Shown: positions 23,058-34,679 of the stretch, one piece after another
How positions within the stretch are numbered: the first letter of the stretch is position 1
Layout: each line of letters starts with the position of its first letter
Source: Podarcis melisellensis
Lineage: Eukaryota
Length of the DNA stretch: 64,000 bases
NCBI GenBank assembly: GCA_964234715.1
Contig: OZ174290.1
Reading direction: 5' to 3' (one strand)
The notes under the pieces: model-generated
What the model saw: only the letters and a program-made list of their open reading frames with translations
Databases searched by the model: none
What the model was told of the DNA's origin: nothing
Translations under genes and position numbers: made by a program

Positions 23058-26000
23058 CTGCAGAAATGCAAACCCCCAAATATATTGATATACGCAACGG
23101 GGAGAAACAAAACCCAGTTCAGCAATTGCTAAGGAATTGACAGCAGCATAATTGTTGACCTCACGCCCTGTTCCCATGGAGGTTGCAAAGCAATGGTCAA
23201 GCCACACAGGCTGGCACACTGTGCAATCATGACGCCAGCTGTTGAGCACTGCTTGACGTCTGGCTGCTGTTACTCCACGGGGTTCCTTTGTCTGCATTTC
23301 TCTGCCGACCACCTGATCCATTTTTTTATTTGTTCTTGGCAGTTATTCCGTTAAGTTTTCACAACAGCTTTTTAAAAAATATTGAACTGTTTTATATTGA
23401 CGTGAGCTTCTCAAAGAGTGTGAAGAAGGGTGGATAAGAAGGAAGGATTTTTGGCAGGCGGGGAGCGTATTTTTGAGCCACACACTGTGTCAAAGAATGG
23501 ATGTTACTCCTTTTCAAACTGCTACAGGAACAATGTGCCACATACGTTGTCAATGTGGAGCAATGCACTGGCTTGATGTGCATGACGCATCAGTATTGGT
23601 ATGAGATCAGTTACGTGGGTGATGCTGTGGTCTAAACCACTCAGCCTCTTGGGCTTGCCGATCGGAAGGTCGGCAACTTGAATCCCCACGACGGAGTGAG
23701 CTCCCATTGCTCTGTCCCAGCTCCTGCCAACCTAGCAGTTCGAAAGCACACCAGTGCAAGTAGATAAATAGATACTGCTGCGGGGGGAAGGTAAACAACA
23801 TTTCCATGCGCTCTGGTTTCCGTCATGGTGTCCCATTGCGCCAGAAGTGATTTAGTCATGCTGGCCATATGAACTGGAAAGCTGTCTGGGGACAAACTCC
23901 GGCTCCTTTGGCCTGAAAGCAAGGCGAGTGCCACAACCCCATAGTCACCTTTGACTGGACTTTACCTTTTTGACCTTACTATTGGCTATCACAGGCCTGA
24001 AGTGGGGAGGGAGTATGTTTCAGGAATGACAAAAGGAGAGAAGTTACTTGCTTCTCTCCTCTTCCCACAACTTTTTACACTGCTATTTGAGGCTAGAGGA
24101 TATGTACTCTCTAGATGTTGTTGGGGACTCCCAACTCCTGCCAGCCCCTGCCAGCATGACTAATGGTCAGGGATGATTGGCCACTAATATATTTGAGAAA
24201 CACCTGGAGGGCCCACAGATTGCTCATCCCTGCCCTAAGTAGAAAAGATTGAACACGGCCAAGACATAAGTAATGTCCATGCTTGGACTACCACTAGCCA
24301 ACCATGGCTACCTGCTCCTGCATGAAGCATTCCAGTGGATCATTTTGGGTTGACCCACTGCCTACCTGATGACCAACACTCACCGCTGACTGAGGAAACC
24401 ATTGGCTGCCATCACAAGAAGGCCAACGGCATAGTGCCAAAAGAAGCACATGGTCAGGAAGTTCTTGTTTCCATGCTCCTCTTGTTTCCAGCCTGGACCT
24501 CCCCATGGTGGATACAGAACAAAGCCAATCTGAGGGTTGCAAGAGAGATGTCATATCATCCAGAGCTACAGGAGTATAATATAGGAGTTGCCAGGATAGC
24601 ACCCGCTGGCGTACAGGTGCCCAACAGAGGCCTTCCCTGGTACCCTCATAATCCCCTCTTCTTCCCCATCTCTACTGACATTCAAATGAAGTGTTTTGTT
24701 GCAGCCAGTTAAATTGGGTGTGTGTGTGTGGTGCCCAATAATTTTTCTCCATTTTGCAAATGAACCCTTAAACTCAAAAGGAACTTTGGTTCACAGAAGT
24801 GGTGCTGTTAGCTAATCTTAGGTTGCATTCACAGCAAACCTCTAAAGCTCTGTGATGATACTACTATAACAGTCAAGACTTCCCCTCCATTTTTTTTTTA
24901 AAAAAGGAGATGTAATTTAAGAGTGTTGGGAGTTGTTAGAAGTCCTTTATTCCTTTCTCAGAGCCACATTTCCCAGAGTGGTTTAACAGTCAATCCCTCT
25001 ACACAGCAAACTCTGGGAAATGTAGGATTGGGACAGAAATGGAGACAACTCCCAGCACTCTTAACACAGCTTCTAGAATGCTTTGGGGAAGAGTCCATGA
25101 CTCTTAATTTAAAGTTCTCCCATAGGGCTTTAAAAGGATGGTCTCCTCCCTGCTCTTTTTAGATGGCAATGTGTACCACTTCACTGACTTCACAATGTGA
25201 TAAGCCTGCCTTGCTGCAACTGAGGCCCCTCCTGGTCATTTTGCTGCGTGGGTCCCTGGACTTCTGCCCTAAGGTCCTGCCCTGATGGTGCCACTGGCTC
25301 ACAGCCACCTTTTATTATTCCAGTGCATTTCTCATGGCAACACTTTTCTCATGGCACACACTTGCACTCCAGCACATGTTGGGGGGGGTATTGATTTAAA
25401 CATTTCACAGACCTGGACATTAAATCTGAAGCACAGGCATTCCCCCCCCCCAGGCACTCCCCCTGCTACTAACCTGCCAGAACCAGGATCCTTGGAGGAT
25501 GAAGAGGCTGGCTCTGAAGAGCTCCAGGAGGGTGTGATCTCGTTGGAAGACCTCCAGCGAGGCACAGAGGGCAGCTCCAAACACAGCGATGCTCATGAGA
25601 TTATAGAGATGTTCCGTCAACGCGGCGTCCTTGTAGTCATGGAAATGGAACAGGAAGCCTGCCAAATCCAAACCACAGGGGACGATTACTCAAGAGCATT
25701 AGCAAAATTGGACCTTCAAGGATTCTTAAATCAATATGCGTTGGGAAGCCTGCCTGCATGTTAAGCAGGTGTTTCCCTCTGCTGTCTATGTGTGGGCAGT
25801 CAAAGGCCATTTCAAGCTTTGGCCCATTTTGTTCCTGGCTGGCAGTGGAATATATTTTGATCATGCCTCCCAAGCTCCTCATTCCATATATTCTGGGGTT
25901 GCTGCAATCTAAATGGAGGTGGTGTTTTTACTCAATGAGCATTGTTCACTGCACTGTAGCTCTTTGAGCTTTGAGTTGATCTTGGCTGCAGAATGTGGGC

Positions 26001-29000
26001 ATTTGTGAATCAACAGCTGTAGTAGGGCGGTCACTTTACTTGTTGCTTTGCATAATTCTCAAAGCGACTGGGGGCTTTTTAGTTTAGAGAAAAGGCAAGG
26101 AAGAGGCAACATGATGGAAAATTTGTAAAATTGTTCATGGCGTGGAGAAAGGTGGACAAAGAAACCCTTTTTTCCCTCCTAACAGTACGACTAAGAGGGA
26201 CGTGGGTGGCGCTGTGGGTTAAACCACAGAGCCTAGGGCTTGCCGATCAGAAAGTCGGCGGTTCGAATCCCCGTGACGGGGTGAGCTCCCGTTGCTCGGT
26301 CCCTGCTCCTGCCAACCTAGCAGTTCGCAAGCACGTCAAAGTGCAAGTAGATAAATAGGTACCGCTCTGGCAGGAAGGTAAATGGCATTTCTGTGCACTG
26401 CTCTGGTCCGCCAGAAGCGGCTTAGCCATGCTGGCCACATGACCCAGAAGCTGTACACCAGCTCCCTCGGCCAATAAAGCGAGATGAGCGCCGCAACCCC
26501 AGAGTCGGCCACGACTGGACCCAATGGTCAGGGGTCCCTTTACCTTTAACAGTACGACTAGGGCATGTCTAGCGAAGCTGAATGCTGGAAGAAGATTCGG
26601 GGCAGATAAAAGAAAGCAATCTCCTCACACAGAGCATAGTTAAAGCATGCAACTCATTTCCTTGGTAGGCAGTGATGTCCACCAACTTGGCTTTCAAATA
26701 GGCTTGCACAAGTTAATGGAGGTGAGGACTATCAGTGGCTCTTCTTCATGGCGGCTGTGCTTGGTCTCCACGGTCAGAAGCAGTTGCTGGAAATCACAAG
26801 GGAGAGGGTTCTGGTGCTTCAGAGAAGTGTGAAAGACGAATAATAGCTGTGTTGTGGTTCACATACGGATTCAGGAAGTACGAAAGAGGTAGGTTCACAT
26901 CACATTGCGAGCTGAAGAGATTCCGTCCCTTAAAAGCAGGATTGTTTCTTGCCACCCTGCTAACATTTTCATTTGATAGCAGCTGATTAAGGTGGAGTTC
27001 ATCTGCAACAAAGGAGGCTTTTTGTTTCGACAGCCTTTGGAAAAAAGCAGTCACTGAAGGTGGGATCCTATGCAATGAGGGATCACCAACTTTGCACGCA
27101 GAAGAGACTTTGTCTGGTTCTTGGACCCTTAAATTATAAAAGGATGTAGAGCAGCTGGGCTGATTGCGGGGGAAGTGGGGAGAAATACCCCCTGAAAAGT
27201 GTTGGAAAGGTGCTGCTAAGAGCAGACAGTACTGATCTAGATAAACACAACAGTGTGACTCAGTATAAGGCAGCTTTGTGTGTCTGGTTATTGCTAAATT
27301 AATACATCAGGGTACATTAAAAAAAAATTTTTTTTTTAAAGCTGGGGTAGGAAACTATAATGGAAAATAAACTAGCCTCTTCCATAAACCGTAATTGCCC
27401 CCTAGTGGCCATTTTATGTAAATAAACTACTCGCCAATTCTCCAGTTGCCTATTTGCTGCGATTAGGTGATCTGCATGTATATTCAAGATCACATAATAC
27501 AGTCTAGCTAAGCCTCAAGTACTTAACGCCCCATGATTCTGTGCTTATAATGGCCAGCGAACATTAGAATTACCGCTCCACACTTGAGCGCATGCTAAAA
27601 AGACGGAGGAATAAAGGCTTTCCCCCAATGTCCCTAATTATGTGTACAAAAGACAGTTACTCGACAATAAATCACAATGGTCCTAGCCCCAGGCTTTTGT
27701 GCTCTGGTGCTCAGGGTGGGAGTGCCATTTCTTACGTAGTCCAAATGGCATCAACCTCCTGCAGGAGAAGAGGTATCAGCAGGCGTTGGGGAAACTGTGG
27801 TTTGCAGAACCACAGCTCATAGCAACCATGAGCCGTGCCTTCAGTTTCGTGGGCCCAACTCCATGGAACTCCCTGCCACAAGACGTTAGGCACACACCAT
27901 CTTTACTGGGTTTCAGATGCCTAGTCAGAACTTTTTATTTCAGAAGAGCACTCTGGCTTCCCGAAACTGGTATTTTAAAGCATTATTGCCTTTGACCACC
28001 AAGGCAGAACACAGCCATCCTGGCTAATAGCCATTCATAGCCTTCCCCCGCCTGAATTTTAAAGCCATCTAGGTTGTTGGCAATCAATGCCTCCTAGCTA
28101 GCAGAATGTCTTGTGTTTACCCTGCCCCAAGGCTCCAAAGCTTGGAGAACAATCCCTGAACAGGGTCTTTAGTTGGGGGCAGCTGCCATTTCCCATCACG
28201 ACCCTTTTGACTTGTCCATCAACTGCTTCGGACCGTTAGCCTCTGTTCATTGCTCACCTTCTGCAAACAAAGCAAGAGCCAACAGGAGGCGATCCAGCCC
28301 TACCGGCAACTTGAGCGACGTGTGGACGAGGACATCCGCCACTCCAGAAAAGCCATAGAAGAGGTACATGGTCATGTGCTGCCAGCTCATCAGCTGGACC
28401 CAGTCTTGGGTCTCACTGTCGTAGAGAGAAAGGTGGGGTCCTCCCGGGACCAGCTGCTCAGCCAATATTCCTGTAAGGCAGGACACAAGTCATTTTGCTT
28501 CCTTAGCAGAGTGAAGGACTGGGCAAAATTTGAAGGCAGATGTACATGATAGGGTGGAAAGGAAGACCAGAGCACACAGCAGAAAGAGCTCAGTAAGTGC
28601 AAGTATTAAGGAAGCCTCCTGACCTTTAACTCTTACTGGGTTAGCAAGTAATAATGTGTCTCACTGGGGTTCTTTACAAGTTATGACAGGCACTCCCAAA
28701 CTCGGGCCTCCAGATGTTTTGGGACTACAACTCCCATCATCCCTAGCTAACAGGACCGGTGGTCAGGGATGATGGGAACTGTAGTCCCAAAACATCTGGA
28801 GGGCTAAGTTTGGGGATGCCTGAGTTACACACAGGCTAAGGATGAGCCGCATGTTTGCTGATTCCACACTAAAACTTGCTATTTCAACAGCATTTTTTTA
28901 CATACGCACAAACTCAGCAACTCTGTTTTCCCAGCTATTTGATGTGAGGCAGTTATTCAACTCAGTGGACTTTCTCAGACCTAGAAGACTAGCCACAATG

Positions 29001-30805
29001 TCTATGCTCTGTCTCCGCCATGGGAGGCAATCTGTCTCTGAATATCCACCGCTGAGAATTGCAGGTGGGGAGGGTGCTGTTGTGCTCACATCCCGCATTC
29101 CTACAGGCATCTGGTTGGCCACTGTGAGAACAGGATGCTGGACTAGATGGCCCTTTGGCAACTCCAGCTCAGGCTGATTTGAGATTTGTGGCCCTGCCTA
29201 GAGAAAGCCGACCAAATGACACATGCTTCTGTTAAATCCAGACTACCGTATGGGGCTGCCCTTAGAGATTTGGAAACGGCAGCTGGTACAGAATGCGCCC
29301 AGCAGGACACTTGTGGCTAGTCTGCAAAAATGGGCAGAAGATCCCACTACACTTACTCTGTGCCAGTTATATTGGCTGCCATTTCAGTTCTGGGCTCCAT
29401 TAAAAGTGCTGCTCTTGCCCCCTGATGCCCTAAACGGTGTGGGACCAGGTTGTCCGAAAAGTCGCCAGCATTAAGATCAGCCTCTAAGGCTCTGCTCTCT
29501 GGCTTGCAGTCAGAAAGCTGGCGCAGAAGGTAGCGGCCAGGTTGCTTTGGAAGCAAATTGCCACCAGCACATAGCACCGTGTTTGGAGTATTTGCACTGC
29601 CTGCCATTCTGCCACTGGCCCAAACCCAAGGTTTTGGTGTCAACATATAAGGCCCTGTGCAGCTCAGGACCAGGTTCCTTGAGAGACCTTATATACCCAT
29701 TAGGTTGCTGCATTCTGCAGGAGAGTTTCTCCTTCATTGGAGGCTTTGTTTAGAGGTTGGGTGGCCATTTGTCAGAGACTCTTTAGCTGTGATTCCTGCA
29801 CTGCAGGGGGTCAGACTAGATGACCCTTGGGATCCCTTCCAACTCCACAAAGTCCCAAAAGTATCAGAAGCTTTGCTCCCCAGGAACTCAGAGCAGGGCT
29901 TTCAGTGTGGCTGCCCCTGCTTTGTAGGACAGCATTCCCATTGAAAGTGCATATCTGCACTCTCCGAAAACAACTGAAGTCATTTTTTGTTGCAACTAGC
30001 CTTTCCAGGAAGATGAAAAGGTCTCTGCCCTTAAGGGTTCATTTTGTACTGTTTTCAAACTTATTTCCAGTCGTTTCTATGGAAGAAGAAGAAGAAGAAG
30101 AAGAAGAAGAAGAAGAAGAAGAAGAAGAAGAAGAAGAAGAAGAAGAAGAAGAAGAAGAAGAAGAAGAGTAGTAGTAGTAGTAGTAGTTTGGATTTGATAT
30201 CCCTCTTTATCACTACCCAAAGGAGTCTCAAAGCGGCTAACATTGTCCTTTCCCTTCCTCCCCCACAACAAACACTCTGTGAGGTGAGTGGGGCTGAGAG
30301 ACTTCAAAGAAGTGTGACTGGCCCAAGTTCACCCAGCAGCTGCATGTGGAGGAGCGGAGACGCGAACCTGGTTCACCAGATTACACTACCGCTCTTAACC
30401 ACTACACCACACTGGTAGGACTGTAAATTTCCCCCAGACACAGTGCGGAGCAACATGCTCTGGCACCCGGAGTGGTGCACAGGCGGGGGCAGGGCTGGTG
30501 CATGTTGCTTCCCCCTGCCTCCACGTTCATCTGCCAGTGTCGAGACATAGATGTAAAAAAGATGCTTCATAATGGTACACCATCTCTCTTGCAGAAGGTT
30601 GATGACGTTGGAGTATATTACCTCCTAGAGCAAAGAAAGCTTTCACTGTTCCTTCGATAATATCCATAGATTGGATCCAGTGGCGGTGTGGGTTGCCTGA
30701 ATCCAGCTTTAGAAGAATGTACTTTATGGGGTATTTGATGGACCACCACAGGCCGAGCATCAGGAAGAAGTTCCCGCGAAGAGCACTGCCAATAAAGCTC
30801 GGCAT
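22916..30805 (-). CDS. TMEM45B: Transmembrane protein 45B-like (DUF716 family), complete 289-aa CDS; complement(join(22916..23057,24384..24529,25474..25658,28258..28470,30622..30805))
   Basis: 184+213+185+146+142 = 870 nt, open frame, all GT-AG; motifs [59 protein letters not shown]. May be a paralogue rather than the orthologue. Confidence 0.92.
23611..23980 (+). mobile_element. Sauria SINE (Squam1), more diverged copy
   Basis: tRNA-like head, ctcctgccaacctagcagttcgaaagca core, acct(t)-type tail; aligns to the copies at 26.2, 35.9, 46.8 and 52.6 kb. Confidence 0.88.
24384..24529 (-). CDS. TMEM45B: TMEM45B-like coding exon 4 (146 nt; not in the ORF track)
   Basis: cctcag|ATTGGC..CAGCG|gtgagt; [49 protein letters not shown]. 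Confidence 0.95.
25474..25658 (-). CDS. TMEM45B: TMEM45B-like coding exon 3 (185 nt)
   Basis: ggcag|GCTTCC..TGGCAG|gttagt; [21 protein letters not shown]...[23 protein letters not shown]. Confidence 0.95.
26085..26740 (+). mobile_element. CR1 LINE 3' fragment interrupted by a Sauria SINE
   Basis: gagaaaagg..catggcgtggagaaa..ttttccctc | agggcat..gaagctgaatgctggaag..agataaaagaaag..catagttaaa; same family as 51715-51995. Confidence 0.65.
26194..26546 (+). mobile_element. Sauria SINE, full length
   Basis: 14-bp TSD TAACAGTACGACTA at 26180-93 and 26547-60; (ACCTTT)n tail. Confidence 0.95.
27396..27412 (-). promoter_or_regulatory. CTCF-like motif in TMEM45B-like intron
   Basis: Minus strand TGGCCACTAGGGGGCAA, close to the CTCF core TGGCCAC(C/T)AG(G/A)(G/T)GGCGC; motif match only. 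Confidence 0.5.
28258..28470 (-). CDS. TMEM45B: TMEM45B-like coding exon 2 (213 nt)
   Basis: ttacag|GAATATTG..GCAGAAG|gtgagc; [17 protein letters not shown]...[19 protein letters not shown]...[17 protein letters not shown]. Confidence 0.95.
28687..28822. mobile_element. Palindromic hAT-type MITE
   Basis: CAGGCA..CCCAAACT / AGTTTGGGGATGCCTG ends; nearly whole element folds back; partial 8-bp TSD agttatga/agttacac. Confidence 0.8.
30082..30188. repeat. (GAA)28 plus (GTA)n microsatellite, expanded tail of the adjacent SINE
   Basis: Seen directly. Confidence 0.95.
30189..30415 (-). mobile_element. tRNA-derived CORE-type SINE (Squam3-like) with (CTT)n tail
   Basis: Minus strand begins ccagtgtggtgtagtggttaagagc (A box), ggttcgcgtc (B box), CORE-like cagccccactcacctcacagagtgtttgttgtg. 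Confidence 0.85.
30622..30805 (-). CDS. TMEM45B: TMEM45B-like first coding exon (exon acceptor at 30819)
   Basis: ttttgaag|GGTCAAGCGCAACGATG; [29 protein letters not shown]...KAFFALG; donor GGAG|gtaata. Confidence 0.92.
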
Positions 30806-30909
30806 CGTTGCGCTTGACCCTTCAAAACAAGAAGAGGAAACCCACAGAGAATGTCAGTGACTGCATGTGCTATGTGGTTGTGAAACCGTTCCTCTGCCCA
30901 ATGAAACAG

Positions 30910-31049
30910 CACAGTCAGTTGAGGATGAGATTCTTAATCTCAGGGTTGTGGGTTCAATTCCCATGTTGGGCAAAAGATTCCTGCATTGCAGGGGTTTGGA
31001 TTAGATAACCCTTGTCCTCCCTTTCAAGTCTACAGTTCTATGGTTCTAT
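30910..31049 (+). mobile_element. tRNA(Lys)-derived SINE with CR1-like tail (Squam2-like)
   Basis: ttcttaatctcagggttgtgggttcaa..ttgggcaaaagattcctgcattgcagggg..(ttctatg)n; related copies at 43496-43618 and 51530-51675. Confidence 0.75.
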
Positions 31050-31271
31050 GTCCTTATTTCTGGACAACAGTGAATGCAGAGACCCAGAAGGGGGGGAAAC
31101 GAACTGCGTCAAGAGTGCTGTGGCTGGCTCAAATCTGACTCAGTGAATCACTGAGGTCACAATGCTGACGTCGGCTGCATTCATACGACCGTTTATTCCA
31201 TTTCCCTAACTGTCAATTCCAATATTATATTTGAGCTTCCACACACTGTAAAAGCCACTTATGTAAATATA

Positions 31272-31497
31272 CAGTGGTACCTCGGGTTACATACGCTTCA
31301 GGTTACAGACTCCGCTAACCCAGAAATAGTGCTTCATGTTAAGAACTTTGCTTCAGGATGAGAACAGAAATTGTGCTCCAGCGGCACGGCAGCAGCAGGA
31401 GGCCCCATTAGCTAAAGTGGTGCTTCAGGTTAAGAACAGTTTCAGGTTAAGTATGGACCTCAGGAACGAATCAAGTACTTAACCCGAGGTACCACTG
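31272..31497. mobile_element. Tc1/mariner (Tigger-like) MITE
   Basis: TA|CAGTGGTACCTCGGGTT ... AACCCGAGGTACCACTG|TA. Confidence 0.92.
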
Positions 31498-31529
31498 TAG
31501 TGGAATATAGCTTGACTTGAGTGCCTTTA

Positions 31530-31677
31530 CCAAAGGTGCCATGGGCTTTGAAGACGCTTGAACTCAGGATGCAAGGGAGAAACGTGCTAAGAGGAAGGCA
31601 CTTACAGACTCATTGTTAAAACCGTGTTTATGGAAGACAATCTTACTCAGCTACGAGTGATTGCCAAAGAAGAAGAT
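31530..31677 (+). mobile_element. Short RTE-type LINE 3' remnant
   Basis: aaaggtgccatgggctttgaagacg..agggagaaacgtgctaagaggaaggcac.. ending in a (GAA)n tail; family from recall. Confidence 0.45.
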
Positions 31678-34258
31678 TTGTTTCCAGGGGAAAAAGTCTG
31701 TCTGCAAATAACACAGAAACAGGCGCTTTATTTGTGCTATATTCTGCTATATTTATGGAAGTGGCTCTTATGTCATGTGACGGTTCAAATATTATGCAGA
31801 AATTAACAGGGAAATGTCGGGAGAACGGAAGCTGTCGGTTACCAAAACCAGTGCATGAAATTTGGAACTCTGAAGAATGTTACATACTAGATATCATCCC
31901 TTTGGATTTTCAGGCACTTTGGGGAAACTTTTAAAAATGCTGATAGGCCTATGCTGCTCTTTAAAAGCATCTTGATTAGCCAGGCATTCTAATGATTATT
32001 TTGTCCCATTTTTAATGGTTTTTCGCTTTTCATTGTTTACATGCTGTTGCACACCCCTCTTATGTATAATGAGATGCTAGAAAAGAAATACGGTCCTGGT
32101 TTTCTTTTTGTATTGTCCTTATAATAAACACACACACTTATTTGCACAACACCCCAATCTCTGAGCGGTACAAGTCTCCAGGAGCTCCATGTGCTTCCCC
32201 AATGCTCATGTTTTATTTTGGGAATGAGGCACAGGGGAGACTGTAGTGTCTTTAGCATATATGGTTTATTTACACATATGTACAAGCCAAGCTTACAGTG
32301 GACGGATTTGCAATATCAACACCCCAAAAAGGTCTCGTTTCTCCCATAGCCACAGCTTTTCAAGCAGAGATCCACCATTTCTCTACCTCTCTGGCTTTTC
32401 CGCTTGCTACCTTGCTTCTCAGCCACATAACTCCTAACTCTCAACACTGCCTTCATTCATTCTCACTGTCTGCGAGCTGAGAGATTTGCGTCTCCCACAA
32501 AGCCCCTTCCTTTGGCCTCCTTTCACCTCACCTAGAAGCTAGCCTAGCTTGATTAGCTTTTAACACCTGTTGAATCCAAGTCTGGCACCCATCTTAAATT
32601 CCCACATTTACTGGATCCAGGGATTAGAGAGGTCTTGCACCCACAAACTCAAAACAATATAGATGCAGAGGCAAACATAAAGCACATTGGTGTTTTTCCA
32701 GAGACCATTTGTCTCTGGAAAGCTGCAATTTCGTACCCTGAATTTTATGCTTTGAGCTTTTATTTCATTTTTTGTTTGAACTGCAGTTATTATAAGCATA
32801 ATTGCAACACCATCTTTCACTCTGCTTCTCTCTGCAATTTAAGCCTAACTGTATATATCTGCCTGCCTGCCTGCCAGGTGGATAAGTACTTCCACAGCAA
32901 GGTCTGCATGTTTTCCATCTGCTTAGCCCCACTCAAGGGAGTGGGGAGGCTTTAACCCTTTCTGAAAGAACCTTGTTCCTTCCCTGCATAAATTTGCTTG
33001 CCTGCCCTGAAATGTCACTTCCTCTGGTTTCATGCACCCAAAACGCTAAGCCAATTTATACACATGAAAGCTCTCTAACACATAGCATCAACAAAATTTG
33101 GCAAAGTATGAAGGCAGTGCTGAAGGAAAATTGCCATGGTTTTGAAGTGCATAGGGAGTCTACATTTCCCAACAGGAAGAAAATAACCCTGTTGTGCAAG
33201 GAGGACAGCAAACTTCCTTTCCAACATGGCAATTAATTTGACAGACCTGTACCAGAGCCAGGCTGCATGTAGCTTTGCCAGAGCTTTGAAAAACCCATTT
33301 AACGTCTTCAGTCTTTATCACCAGTGAGCTGCAGAGTCAAAAGCCCAGCCAATGATGGTCCTAATCAGAGTAGACCTATTCAAGTTGATGAGCATGAAGT
33401 TTGTGGAATGCTTTCCCCAGGGAGGCTTGCCCAAGCACCTTCATTGCATATCTTTTGGTGCCAGGAAAACATTCCTTTTCAACTAGGTGTTTGGTTGTTA
33501 ATCTATGACATTTTAAAGTGGGTGGGTCTAACAACAACAACAAAACAGTGTTTGAGAGAGGGAGAAAAACAACACCAACAACAACAACGAAACAGTGTTT
33601 GAGAGAGGGAGAAAAGCTTCTCTAGCCACTTTCTCCAAATCAAGCATAATTTTCTCCAAATCATGCATAATTTTATAAACTTCTATCATTCCATGCTGCA
33701 ACGTTCTATTGCAGGTCCCACTAGTTTCCTCCAAGGTGCTTAAGATGGCATGCAGCGGTCTCCCTCCTAGAGAAGGAGAGGGAGATAGACTGGTCTAGTG
33801 GGCATCACGGCTGAGTAGGGTTTGAACAGGGCTGGATTAAGACACACTGAGGTCCCAAGCTATGCCAAGCTAAAGATCCCCCATAGCAGCACCAAAAAAC
33901 ATTTTTTTCTAAAGGAATGGACAATGAAAATAGAAATAATAAGGTAACTATTTCTTCCACATCAGAATAATAATGTCTGATTTAGCCTCTGTAACATTAT
34001 GTTCCAACTGGACTACTGCAGGACGCTCTGTTTGGAGCAACCCTTGAAGGTTGTTTTCTTTTTCCTTTACTGAGTTATGCAAAACTTTAAATTTAGTCAT
34101 TCATTTTGTATTTAGAGGCTCCAAGCTAAAGCTTCCTGAGCTTGTGCATAAAACTGCTGGTGGTTTTGAACCTGGGTCTCCCACAGGCACCCCTTTTTTC
34201 AGCTGGAATTTGCTGGAACACAGTTCCGACACTACTCAGGTGGGTGCCATTGCCATTA

Positions 34259-34484
34259 AAGTGGTACCTCCAGTTACAGACGCTTCAGGTTACAGACTCT
34301 GCTAACCCAGAAATAGTACCCCAGGTTAAGAACTTTACCTCAGGATGAGAACAGAAAGCACACACTGGCGGTGTGGTGGCAGTGGGAGGCCCCATTAGCT
34401 AAAATGGTAACTCAGGTTAAGAACAGTTTCAGGTTAAGAACGGACCTCTGGAACAAATTAAGTTCTTAACCCAAGGTACCACTG
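34259..34484. mobile_element. Second copy of the Tc1/mariner MITE, nested in another short repeat (about 34191-34548)
   Basis: Colinear with 31272-31497; TA duplication shown by the empty-site copy at 59777-59915. Confidence 0.88.
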
Positions 34485-34679
34485 TATAAGAGAACAAGGG
34501 AGGTGTTCATGGTGAGTTCCAGAACTTCTTTTTCTAGGAAAAAAACCCATCACCTCAGTCCTCCCTACACATTCCCCTACTTTTCTTTACTGGATTCGGT
34601 TTCAGAAAGACTTGCTCCGTAAGGTTGTATATACATAATCAAAAACGTCCCTTTCAGGAGGGCACAGTGTGGTACTTAC

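Noticed and set aside
25285-25764. 159-aa plus-strand ORF
   Set aside because: Antisense shadow of a TMEM45B-like exon
29827-30418. Poly-E, poly-K, poly-F and poly-L ORFs
   Set aside because: Translations of the (GAA)n microsatellite
22916-30805. TMEM45B-like gene as a pseudogene
   Set aside because: All five coding exons present, in frame, with canonical splice sites and no premature stop
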